Positions 39,125-48,285 of a DNA stretch of 64,000 bases are shown here, piece after piece. Location of the stretch: the NCBI RefSeq assembly GCF_055900595.2, contig NZ_CM148325.1; one strand, 5' to 3'. Position 1 is the stretch's first letter. Every line of letters begins with the position of its first letter. The position numbers and the translations under genes are program-made. The notes below the pieces were generated by a model. That model searched no databases. It was not told the origin of the DNA and saw only the letters and a list, made by a program, of their open reading frames with translations.

Positions 39125-41359
39125 ATGAGCACGAGAAAATTCAGAACCCTTATCACCGACATCGGGCTGGCAAAGCTGGCCGCAACAACGGCGCCTGGCG
39201 GTAGACCTGTACGCCTTACGCACATGGCTGTAGGGGACGGCAATGGAGAGCTTCGTCAGCCGCAGAAAAACCAGACATCGCTTTACAATGAGGTTTGGCG
39301 CCAGTCTGTCAACCGCGTCTTCACCGACCCGGAGAACCCGAACCGCCTCATCGCCGAACTGGTCATTCCTCCTGAAACCGGCGGATTCTGGGTGCGTGAA
39401 ATTGGTGTGTTTGATGATACAGGTACAATGATTGCAGTAGGAAATACCGCTGAAAGTTACAAGCCCACCAGAGAGGAAGGTTCAGGGCGGGCGCAGATAT
39501 TCCGTGCAGTAATCACCGTCACCTCCGACGCCGTGGTGGAACTGGTCATGGACACAACAACAATTCTGCCGACCACGGACTACATTGATGAGAAAATGGC
39601 GGAACACGCACGTTCCCGTAACCACCCTGACGCGACACTGACAGAAAAAGGATTCACCCAACTGAGCAGCGCCACAAACAGCACCTCTGAAACACTGGCC
39701 GCCACACCGAAGGCCGTCAAGGCTGCATATGACCTTGCAGCCGGTAAAGCACCCGCCAGCCACACCCACCCGTGGAATCAGATAACTGGTGTGCCATCAG
39801 CCTCGCTGACGGCAAAAGGCACCGTACAGCTGAGCAGTGCCACAAACAGTGAGTCAGAGACTGAGGCGGCCACCCCCAAAGCGGTTAAAGCCTTACACGA
39901 TATGGTGACGAGCAAGTATACAGGACAGGATGCAACCACCGGACGCAAAGGCATCGTACAGCTGAGCAGCGCCACAAACAGCAATTCCGAAACACTGGCG
40001 GCCACACCGAAGGCAGTAAGTGATGCACTGAGCATGGCGTTCGTGAAGCCAACAACATCCCTGGGGGAAACAGACCTGAACACTCTGGGGCGTAAGGAAG
40101 ACGCGGGAGATTATTACCAGCAGAGTGACTCAGGTGCGAGAACAGACAGAAACTATCCTGTAGAGAAGGCAGGAGAGTTACGCATCCGTGTTGGTGCATG
40201 GGGATTCTGCCAGCATGAATACACGAGCTGGGATCCGCCACGAAAATTTATCAGGACAGTTACCGGAAACTTTAACGGTAACGGCCCATGGTCAGAGTGG
40301 GTGGAGGTGACAAACACAGATGCAACAACTGGACGCAAAGGCATCGTACAGCTGAGCAGCGATACAAACAGCAATTCCGAAACGCTGGCGGCCACACCAA
40401 GAGCCGTCAAGGCTGCATATGACCTTGCAGCCGGTAAAGCACCCGCCAGCCACACCCACCCGTGGAATCAGATAACAGGTGTGCCATCAGCCTCGCTGAC
40501 GGCAAAAGGCACCGTACAGCTGAGCAGTGCCACAAACAGTGAGTCAGAGACTGAGGCCGCCACCCCCAAAGCGGTTAAAGCCTTACACGATATGCTGACG
40601 AGCAAGTATACAGGACAGGATGCAACCACCGGACGCAAAGGCATCGTACAGCTAAGCAGCGCCACAAACAGCAATTCCGAAACGCTGGCGGCCACACCAA
40701 AAGCTGTTAAAGCTGCGTATGACCTTGCCAACAGCAAAGCCTCGGCAGCCCACACTCATCGCTGGGCTCAGATCACAGACGCCCCTGTTTTTTCGTCTGT
40801 TGCCCGCGTCATCATGGGTAAACAAAGCATAAAAGATATTCTTGATTACTTTGGTTTAGGAGAAGGCTCGACGCTGCCAGTTGGCGTACCCGTTCCGTGG
40901 CCTTCGTCAAGACCACCTGAGGGGTGGTTACAGTGCAACGGTGCCGCATTCACGCGTACAAAATACCCAAAACTGGCGGTGGCCTACCCTGACCTCAGGC
41001 TACCAGATTTGCGCGGGGAATTTATTCGTGGATGGGATGACCTGCGAATGATTGACAGGGGACGCTTATTGTTATCCACACAGGAAGCAACATATATTTG
41101 TACCGCCATACAGGCGTACCACGGCGTAGCGGGAGGTGCAGATATTCAGGCAGGGATTTCATTTGCATCACATGATAACGACATCATAAACATAACCCCT
41201 GATCAACCCAGAACCGGTAACGGCATCCTGTACGGCACAAAACCAGTTGACAGATGGGCAATAGCCAGAGCCGGTAAGCTGGTGAGTAATGAAAAAGACA
41301 GATGGATAGCGATCAGACCGCGCAATATCGCTTTTAATTATATTGTGAGGGCAGTTTAA
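39125..41359 (+). CDS. H: tail fibre protein (P2 gpH family) with internal repeats
   Basis: 744 aa; repeated GxVQLSSATNSxSETxAATPKAVK units. Confidence 0.85.
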   Translation: MSTRKFRTLITDIGLAKLAATTAPGGRPVRLTHMAVGDGNGELRQPQKNQTSLYNEVWRQSVNRVFTDPENPNRLIAELVIPPETGGFWVREIGVFDDTGTMIAVGNTAESYKPTREEGSGRAQIFRAVITVTSDAVVELVMDTTTILPTTDYIDEKMAEHARSRNHPDATLTEKGFTQLSSATNSTSETLAATPKAVKAAYDLAAGKAPASHTHPWNQITGVPSASLTAKGTVQLSSATNSESETEAATPKAVKALHDMVTSKYTGQDATTGRKGIVQLSSATNSNSETLAATPKAVSDALSMAFVKPTTSLGETDLNTLGRKEDAGDYYQQSDSGARTDRNYPVEKAGELRIRVGAWGFCQHEYTSWDPPRKFIRTVTGNFNGNGPWSEWVEVTNTDATTGRKGIVQLSSDTNSNSETLAATPRAVKAAYDLAAGKAPASHTHPWNQITGVPSASLTAKGTVQLSSATNSESETEAATPKAVKALHDMLTSKYTGQDATTGRKGIVQLSSATNSNSETLAATPKAVKAAYDLANSKASAAHTHRWAQITDAPVFSSVARVIMGKQSIKDILDYFGLGEGSTLPVGVPVPWPSSRPPEGWLQCNGAAFTRTKYPKLAVAYPDLRLPDLRGEFIRGWDDLRMIDRGRLLLSTQEATYICTAIQAYHGVAGGADIQAGISFASHDNDIINITPDQPRTGNGILYGTKPVDRWAIARAGKLVSNEKDRWIAIRPRNIAFNYIVRAV
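39690..40010 (+). repeat. internal direct repeat copy 1 within tail fibre gene
   Basis: near-identical to 40350..40690. Confidence 0.7.
40350..40690 (+). repeat. internal direct repeat copy 2 within tail fibre gene
   Basis: near-identical to 39690..40010. Confidence 0.7.
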
Positions 41360-41970
41360 TGAGTAACACTGCAGTTCTGGATGAAAACGGTATCGCCACT
41401 TTCGCAGGCGATATCACTGTATATCACTATGATGAGGAAACCCGGGAATACACCTCATCCTCTGTGGAGTATCTCGCCCTGGGGGTGGGTACCCCGGCAC
41501 ATTCATGCGCCGATGCCCCGCCAGAGGCAATGCCGGGTTACGTGATTTGCCGGACGTCCACGCTGGACGGGTGGGAGTATGTCCCCGATCATCGTGGAGA
41601 GACGGTATACAGCACAGAGAACGGTAATCCGGTCCAGATTACCCAACCAGGTGACTACCCGGAAGGGACAACGACAAAACAGCCTGCCACACCATGGGAT
41701 ACCTGGAACGGTGAGGCGTGGGTAACCGATACAGAACGGCAGCAAGCCGAAGAGCTGGAGGTTGCCAGACAGCAACGCAAGGAACGGGTGGATCAGGCGA
41801 TGAAGTCCATCGACCTCATCAACCTTAAGTTGCGGGCAGGTCGCAGTCTGACACCAGAAGAAACGGCAAAACTGAATGCCGTGCTGGATTATATCGACGA
41901 GCTGAACGCACTGGATATCAGCACGGAGCCTGAAATAAGCTGGCCGGAAACACCACCAGAAATGGAATGA
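41359..41970 (+). CDS. G: tail fibre assembly chaperone (P2 gpG family)
   Basis: 203 aa immediately after H with ATGA-type coupling. Confidence 0.8.
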   Translation: MSNTAVLDENGIATFAGDITVYHYDEETREYTSSSVEYLALGVGTPAHSCADAPPEAMPGYVICRTSTLDGWEYVPDHRGETVYSTENGNPVQITQPGDYPEGTTTKQPATPWDTWNGEAWVTDTERQQAEELEVARQQRKERVDQAMKSIDLINLKLRAGRSLTPEETAKLNAVLDYIDELNALDISTEPEISWPETPPEME

Positions 41971-42023
41971 GCGGGGAAAAGGAACGGGCATTCATAAATA
42001 ATTCATCATGCAGGTGCCGCAAG

Positions 42024-42043
42024 AATGCGGCACATTACCTTCA
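42024..42043. terminator. bidirectional hairpin between convergent G and U (GTGCCGCA-AGAA-TGCGGCAC)
   Basis: perfect 8-bp stem. Confidence 0.5.
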
Positions 42044-42529
42044 CATCAGATCATTTACGCCGCTTACTGTGGTATTCCAGACCGAACTTAACTTCCCTTT
42101 CATTCCCGAAAGCATATCAGACACCGGCGACGAGGCCATACTCTCCCGCAAATCCTCATCACAGCGTTCCAGACTGACAGTGAACTCAATTTTTTTGGCC
42201 TTACCGTGGCGGTCAAGTTCGCTTCGCGTTGTGCGGACAGCCGTTATCACATACATGCCGTATATCTGCCCCACACCGTCAATCAGCGGCCATGGGCGAC
42301 CAGTGTAAGCCTGCGTCGTTAAAAGGCTGAGGGAAACCTCACCGCCGGTAATTTCGGGATAAAGCACACCGGACAACGTGATCTGGTCGTCACCCGCCCC
42401 GATATACTGCCAGCTGGCCGAACGATTGATGCGTTCATTTTTAACGTGGCGCCAGGTTTTATTATGTTGCAGTTGTTGATGAGGCAGCGTACGCAACTCA
42501 AAAACAAACATGCCGTAAATCATCATCAT
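42041..42529 (-). CDS. U: tail protein U
   Basis: 162 aa, P2 U-like (MMMIYGMFVFELRTLP...). Confidence 0.85.
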   Translation of the reverse strand: MMMIYGMFVFELRTLPHQQLQHNKTWRHVKNERINRSASWQYIGAGDDQITLSGVLYPEITGGEVSLSLLTTQAYTGRPWPLIDGVGQIYGMYVITAVRTTRSELDRHGKAKKIEFTVSLERCDEDLRESMASSPVSDMLSGMKGKLSSVWNTTVSGVNDLM

Positions 42530-42540
42530 GCGAGGTACTC

Positions 42541-45500
42541 CTAATCTCTGTCACGGAAACTACCGACTGTCTGGCGGATACGGCGTTCCATTTCCGCACG
42601 GACGGCATCACCCACCATTTTTGCCAGTTCGCGCGGGTTTTGCGTGTGAACATCATGCAGGTGAATATGCAGTTCGCCAGTTAATCCCCATGGTGCCGGC
42701 TCACTCTGGCGCGGTCGGGGCGATGCGGGGGATATGGGCTGGCGCACAGCCTCAACCACCGGACGGGATGTTGCCGCCATCACTGGTGTCATTAGCGGGG
42801 AGAACGTCGGCATGACATCGTGAGTCATAACCGGTTTGATCACCGGCGGAACCACTGGCGTAATATTACCGGACAGTACCGGACGGACGACCGGAGGAAT
42901 AACCGGCACATTATTCACGGACACCACCGGCTTCACGACCGGCGACACGTTCGCCGTGGTGGATATCAGCGGCGAAACACTGACAGGCGGTGGCGCTGGC
43001 AGCGGTGGCAACGAAGGCACACTGACCGACGGCACCTGCGGCAGTCTGACAGGTGGCTCACTGACACTACCCGGTAACAGGGAAGCTGCTCGGTTAAAGC
43101 GTTCCTCCTTCCACTCACCACGAACGGCCAGCGCTTCCGGCAGGTTTTTAAAGATAATATCGCCGGGACCAGCGCGTTTTTTCGCCTGTTTCGCCTCATC
43201 CAGCAGACCACCGGTGTTATCGACGATTTTGTTCAGGCGGCGCATAGTGCCGGTATTCTCCCCCGTCAGGGGTGGTTGCCCCCCTTTGGGTTTTTCGCCG
43301 TCTTTTTTATCCTCGTCCTTTTTCGGCGGATTAATGACGTTAACATCCGCCAGAAGCATGGCAGCTTTCTCGTTCAGCAACTCCTTCTGTTTTAGTTCTT
43401 CCGCCTTTTTCCGGGCGCGCTCAACCGCCGACGGAATCAGCCCGAGTTTTTCCAGCACCCGGGTTAATGAGTCAATCAGCAGCGTAACCGGACCGGTCAC
43501 CAGATTGCTGATAAACTCCCCGACCTTCTGCCCGAACGTACGCCCGGCTTCCGTGCACTTGTCCAGCTCATCCTTTGTTGTGCTTACCGGCGCGAACAAA
43601 TCCACGAACCACTGCCACACACGCCCGATTGTCTGCCCGACATACTCAAACAGCGGTCCCAGTGGTGCCACAGCCTCGCGCAGTGGCGTAAGCCCCTGCC
43701 ACAGGCCGGACAAGAACCCGCCCACGACAGCCTTCAGCTGGTCCCAGTGCCGCCAGATAAGCACTGCCGCACCGACCAGTGTCGCCACCACAAGGCCCAC
43801 CGGACTTAACAGAAAACCCAGCGCCCCGCCAAGTGCGCCCACCGCACCACTCACCATCCCCCACAGTGCGGGCAGACCTGACAGTCTGAGCGCCAGTATT
43901 CCGATACCGCGCCCCAGTGAAATCAGTGCGCCGCCAGGTGAAGTGAACGCAGCCAGCAGACCACCACGCAGCGCGCCAAGTCCCGCCTGCACACCACGAA
44001 GCCGCCCCGCAACTACGCCCAGCAGTGCAGCAAACCGTCCGGCACCGGAGGTGATACCGACAAACAGCACGCGCCAGCCACCGATACCGCCCAGCGGACC
44101 ACCGAGTACGCCGCGCAGCTGCGTCAGTAACGGCAGCGCACGACCGAGGCCGGATGTGCCGGTCAGCAGGGCAAACCCAAGACGCAGTTTTGCCAGCGGC
44201 CCCATCAACACACCAGTGGCAAGTGACAGCGCCCCCATGGCCGCAACCGCAGCCAGCAGTACACCACCGGCAATCAGCAGTTGTTTTGTCAGTTCAGGGT
44301 GCGCCTGAGCCAGCGCGGTGACTTTCGCAATAACCCGGGTGAACGACTGCGTGACAGAACGCAGCGGCCCGTCAACGAGGTCAGCGACACGGATACGCAG
44401 TCCTTCCCATGCGCTGTTCAGTGATTTCAGGTCACCGTCCAGGTTATCAGCCATAACACGGGCAGTGTGATTAAGTTCCCCGGTGGCCAGTTCAATCTCC
44501 TGCGTAAGACGGGGAAGATTATTTTCCCCCGCCGCAGTGACAAGATTCATCAGGGAAACATAGGACTCCTGCCCGGCAATAGCCCTGAAAAAGGAGACCT
44601 GCGCGGCATTACCGTATTTTCGGGTGGCCTGGTACAGCTCATTCAGGATATTTTCCATCCGGCGCATGTTCCCGTAAGCATCCTGCGTCTCCACGCCAAG
44701 CTCTTTCAGTGCCATTGCAGCGGCCTTCGGCGGATCAACCAGACGTGACAGACTGGCACGCAGCGCCGTACCTGCATCACTTCCACGGATCCCCACACTG
44801 CCAAGGACACCCGTCATGGCTGCCGCCTGTTCAAGGGACAGGCCAAGTGAAGCTGCAACCGGACCCGTGTACTTCATGGTTTCACCCAGCGAACGGAGAT
44901 CCGTATTGGTTCGTGTGAAGGTGGCGGCCAGCGTGTCACCCACGCGATCCATCTGGTCAGCGGACAGACCAAACTGTGTGAGGATATTCGAACTGATATC
45001 GGCAGTCTGTCCCAGGTCCATCCCTGCAGCCATTGCCAGATCAAGCACGCCGGGTAGCGCCGCCTGTATGGCCTGTGGTGTGAAGCCGGCCATGGCAAGG
45101 AACGCCTGACCGCTGGCAGCATCACCGGCGGTAAACTGCGTTTCAGAGCCCAGCTTAATGGCCTGTTCGCGCAGCGCCTTAAACTGCGGACTGTTTTTGT
45201 CAATACGGGTCAGCGCCTGGACGCGCGACATCTCCTTACCAAAACTGACCGCCGGTTGCAGGAAACGTCCGGCCGCATAGCCGCCTGCCGCCGCCGTACC
45301 AACCGCCGTAAGTCCGACCGTTTTAAGTTTTCCCGCCGTCTCCTGAGCACGGGAATATTGCTGGCGTGCCTGCGTGACACGTGCCAGCGCCTGCCGTTCG
45401 CGTTCCAGCTGGTCGTTGTATTGCTGTGTTCGCCGTATGGCCTGTTGAATGGTGTTGTCACTGCCGGAAAGCGCAATACCGTGGCGCCGCAGCTCACCAC

Positions 45501-45852
45501 CCAGTTCGCGCATTCGCTGAACTTCACGCGCACGGACCTCATTGAGACGCTCAAGTTTGAGGCTCAAATCGTTCATCAGCTTTTTCTGTTTGTCAGACAG
45601 CACGGTTCCGGCGCGCTGAATTTGCTGAAGTGCGCTTAACTGGCGTTGCGCCCTGACAATGCCGTTTCCGGCCTTGTTTGCAGCCTCGCGGGCGCGATCA
45701 AATGAACGGGCGTGGCGTTCCAGGTTTTTGATCGCACCCTGCGTTCTCTGTATGGAGTCGCCAAGCTGGCCCATCATGCGACGGGCGTTTTCGGTGGGAC
45801 GGGTCAGCCTGTCAACAGCGCTGAAGGCGACCCGTATATCAAGCGTTTTCAT
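42541..45852 (-). CDS. T: tail tape measure protein (P2 gpT family), extended
   Basis: about 1100 aa; start taken at MKTLDIRVAF where E' terminates; C-terminal Pro/Val-rich repeat region. Confidence 0.85.
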   Translation of the reverse strand: MKTLDIRVAFSAVDRLTRPTENARRMMGQLGDSIQRTQGAIKNLERHARSFDRAREAANKAGNGIVRAQRQLSALQQIQRAGTVLSDKQKKLMNDLSLKLERLNEVRAREVQRMRELGGELRRHGIALSGSDNTIQQAIRRTQQYNDQLERERQALARVTQARQQYSRAQETAGKLKTVGLTAVGTAAAGGYAAGRFLQPAVSFGKEMSRVQALTRIDKNSPQFKALREQAIKLGSETQFTAGDAASGQAFLAMAGFTPQAIQAALPGVLDLAMAAGMDLGQTADISSNILTQFGLSADQMDRVGDTLAATFTRTNTDLRSLGETMKYTGPVAASLGLSLEQAAAMTGVLGSVGIRGSDAGTALRASLSRLVDPPKAAAMALKELGVETQDAYGNMRRMENILNELYQATRKYGNAAQVSFFRAIAGQESYVSLMNLVTAAGENNLPRLTQEIELATGELNHTARVMADNLDGDLKSLNSAWEGLRIRVADLVDGPLRSVTQSFTRVIAKVTALAQAHPELTKQLLIAGGVLLAAVAAMGALSLATGVLMGPLAKLRLGFALLTGTSGLGRALPLLTQLRGVLGGPLGGIGGWRVLFVGITSGAGRFAALLGVVAGRLRGVQAGLGALRGGLLAAFTSPGGALISLGRGIGILALRLSGLPALWGMVSGAVGALGGALGFLLSPVGLVVATLVGAAVLIWRHWDQLKAVVGGFLSGLWQGLTPLREAVAPLGPLFEYVGQTIGRVWQWFVDLFAPVSTTKDELDKCTEAGRTFGQKVGEFISNLVTGPVTLLIDSLTRVLEKLGLIPSAVERARKKAEELKQKELLNEKAAMLLADVNVINPPKKDEDKKDGEKPKGGQPPLTGENTGTMRRLNKIVDNTGGLLDEAKQAKKRAGPGDIIFKNLPEALAVRGEWKEERFNRAASLLPGSVSEPPVRLPQVPSVSVPSLPPLPAPPPVSVSPLISTTANVSPVVKPVVSVNNVPVIPPVVRPVLSGNITPVVPPVIKPVMTHDVMPTFSPLMTPVMAATSRPVVEAVRQPISPASPRPRQSEPAPWGLTGELHIHLHDVHTQNPRELAKMVGDAVRAEMERRIRQTVGSFRDRD

Positions 45853-46002
45853 GCTCTGCGTTCCCGCTGCGAAGGGCCGCCCGCTCACGCCAGGCGACCA
45901 CCTCGCCGGGATCCATCAGGAAGATTTCAGCGGGAGACCAGTTGAAAATAACGGCGATATCCGCCACAAAGTCTTCAATGTGCTCAAAGGGCACGACGGT
46001 TA

Positions 46003-46365
46003 TCAGCCTGCCGTCGCCGCCCCACTCTTCCCGCCAGAGTCCTGACCGGCCAAAAAATTAACCGCCACCCCGCACAGCTGAATAAAATCAGCGGACCCCA
46101 TGCGCTTAAGCAGAACCTCGTCCAGTCGCGGCGAAGTGACGCGCGGGAGTAACTCAAACATCGCGTCCGTTTTCATGTTCAGCACGTCAAGCAGTGACAG
46201 CCCGCGCAGTGAACCGGCCTGCTGTACAGCAGGCGTGATTTCCACATACGTGATTTTTTTGTTACCGAGCACAAGGGGCGTTTTCAGCGTCACGCCGCGC
46301 TCACTGGTCACGTCCGCCGCATCAGCACCGTCAGTAACAGGGGCAACAACCGGATTTTCTTTCAT
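46003..46365 (-). CDS. E: tail assembly chaperone E (E' produced by -1 frameshift, extending to 45839)
   Basis: position between FII and T; slippery TTTTTTG near 3' end; -1 frame stays open until overlapping the T start. Confidence 0.75.
   Translation of the reverse strand: MKENPVVAPVTDGADAADVTSERGVTLKTPLVLGNKKITYVEITPAVQQAGSLRGLSLLDVLNMKTDAMFELLPRVTSPRLDEVLLKRMGSADFIQLCGVAVNFLAGQDSGGKSGAATAG
46051..46057 (-). other. programmed -1 ribosomal frameshift slippery heptamer TTTTTTG (E/E')
   Basis: heptamer 14 codons before the E stop; -1 frame open for about 70 codons. Confidence 0.65.
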
Positions 46366-46415
46366 GCATAAAACCTCAAATCAGGGGGCGACGCCGCGCG
46401 CCGCCGTGGGAAACA

Positions 46416-46934
46416 TTAACCACCAAGACCAATCGCCGAGCGCACGCGGTCCGGGAAGACGTTTTTGCCGTCCTTGCGTTCGATGTGGTTCAGTAAATCA
46501 ATCTCCAGCACCGGACGGTCGTTAATGCTGAGTTTGTAGTAGGTACTCCTGACCGCATAGGTGTGAGACGTGACCTCACCCTGTTTTGCCTCCCCCGTAT
46601 CAATTTCCGTCACGCGGCCGCGAAGCTCAATTTCATACAGGTCGCTCTGCTCTTCATCGTTGTAGTACTCACCGACAAAGCGCAGCAGCGTACCGTCGAT
46701 CGTGCCGCCGTACTTAAGGAACAGTTCGCGGGTCGGCCCGCCCATGGTGAAACTCGCATCCAGCGCGCCGTCATCCAGACCAAGGTCGATATTCACCGCG
46801 CCGGCCATACCACCACCGCGATAGGCTTCCGTTTTACGGGTCAGTTTGGGGGGGGTGAAGCCGGTCACCCTGCCAATCTGGTTCACCCCGTCAGTAAACA
46901 GCGTGAACACCCTGAGATTTTTTGGTACGGCCAT
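46416..46934 (-). CDS. FII: tail tube protein (P2 gpFII family)
   Basis: 172 aa, P2 FII-like. Confidence 0.85.
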   Translation of the reverse strand: MAVPKNLRVFTLFTDGVNQIGRVTGFTPPKLTRKTEAYRGGGMAGAVNIDLGLDDGALDASFTMGGPTRELFLKYGGTIDGTLLRFVGEYYNDEEQSDLYEIELRGRVTEIDTGEAKQGEVTSHTYAVRSTYYKLSINDRPVLEIDLLNHIERKDGKNVFPDRVRSAIGLGG

Positions 46935-48127
46935 TAAGCACCTCCAAGCGTCGCAAATGCAGGACCAAAGAATTCATCAGTAAACGTCTGGTAAAGTTCC
47001 ATATCCTCAAGCGGCGGAACGGGCGTGTACTTGTAGCGGATACGCACGCGTCCCTGACGAAGTTCCGTGGTGCTGTTATCCACCACGTCATACCAGCACT
47101 CCGCACCAATGAGACGTCCTGACGTAACCAGCGCATCCAGTTTTGCGCGAATTGCGCTTAACACGTCTTTCACATTAGCAGGGGTCAGCGGGGCATCAAT
47201 CGTTTCAAACTGCGCTTCCGCAATGGAATCAGCCAGCACCTGAGCGGTTCGCGTGTACACCTCAAAGAGATACGCCTTCGTTTCCGGCGTACGGTTGCCC
47301 CAGAAGCGGAAACCGTTACGGCAAATGATGGTAGTGATTTCCTTGTTGTTGAGATTGTTGGCATCGCTGTCTTCGGACTGAAGGGACCAGAACACCGGGC
47401 TGGAAATACCCAGCACATTTCTTACCGGCACGTTGGACAGCGATTTATGCCAGCCCTGTTCGTGGTCAATACGTGCACGTAAACCGCAGGCGTACGCCGC
47501 AGCCGGGAAGACCTCATTAGCGCCGGATTTCGGGTTATGGGCGATGAAGTCCGGCCAGACCAGCATAAGTTCGCGCTCGTTAAATCTGGCGCGGTAGCTG
47601 ATTGCATCGGCGGGCTTCTTGCAGTTGTGACAGCCCGCGTAGACAAATGCGCGAAGTTTTTCTGCAATTACACACAGGGATTTTGTGACAGCTTCAGTAT
47701 CCAGTCCGGGAGCTGCGATGATGCGCGGACGGTAACCGATGGCATCATCCTGTTCAGCTATCAGAAGTGCATACATGCCGGTATAGTTTCCGTCATCATC
47801 AGAACCACCGATAACGAGTTTGTCCTGGGTTTGTCCTGAATGCGTCTCTTCCTTAAATTCAGGAACGCGCACCACAATCACCTTCGTGCTCACCTGGTCG
47901 GCGACAGCCTTAAGCGATTTGTAAAGCGTCCCCTTTGTGCCGGCCTTACCCAGCACATCACTGACGCGGGTCAGCAGTGTGGGTTTGTTCAGCGGGAACA
48001 GAGTTTCATCCGCGTCATCTGCCGTAGCCACAATACCAATAACACTGGAATCCACATCATTAATGGCGGTGGCAAGGCCGGTACTTTCCCTTACGCGCGC
48101 ACCATGAAAGCGTGTTTCACTCATATG
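46934..48127 (-). CDS. FI: tail sheath protein (P2 gpFI family)
   Basis: about 397 aa from MSETRFHGARV; the six-frame ORF extends further upstream. Confidence 0.85.
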   Translation of the reverse strand, partial: HMSETRFHGARVRESTGLATAINDVDSSVIGIVATADDADETLFPLNKPTLLTRVSDVLGKAGTKGTLYKSLKAVADQVSTKVIVVRVPEFKEETHSGQTQDKLVIGGSDDDGNYTGMYALLIAEQDDAIGYRPRIIAAPGLDTEAVTKSLCVIAEKLRAFVYAGCHNCKKPADAISYRARFNERELMLVWPDFIAHNPKSGANEVFPAAAYACGLRARIDHEQGWHKSLSNVPVRNVLGISSPVFWSLQSEDSDANNLNNKEITTIICRNGFRFWGNRTPETKAYLFEVYTRTAQVLADSIAEAQFETIDAPLTPANVKDVLSAIRAKLDALVTSGRLIGAECWYDVVDNSTTELRQGRVRIRYKYTPVPPLEDMELYQTFTDEFFGPAFATLGGA

Positions 48128-48198
48128 TTTCACCCTTGTCTGGCTGGTTGATTTTGCGTAATCATTACCCACACACGCGGTAATCTCACCCCTTTGAT

Positions 48199-48220
48199 GT
48201 TGTCTCCTGACAGCGACAAC
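48199..48220. promoter_or_regulatory. dyad GTTGTC-N10-GACAAC (contains TGT-N12-ACA) in divergent FI/D intergenic region
   Basis: inverted repeat centred about 55 bp from inferred starts of both FI (minus) and D (plus). Confidence 0.55.
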
Positions 48221-48285
48221 AAAACAGCCATTCAACGCCGCTGCGGTGCATGAAACCATTACAGAACGCACCAGGAGAGAACACC

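Noticed and set aside
42836-44308. 490-aa plus-strand ORF inside the tape measure gene
   Set aside because: Antisense to gpT; Ser/Pro/Thr-rich composition; no RBS.
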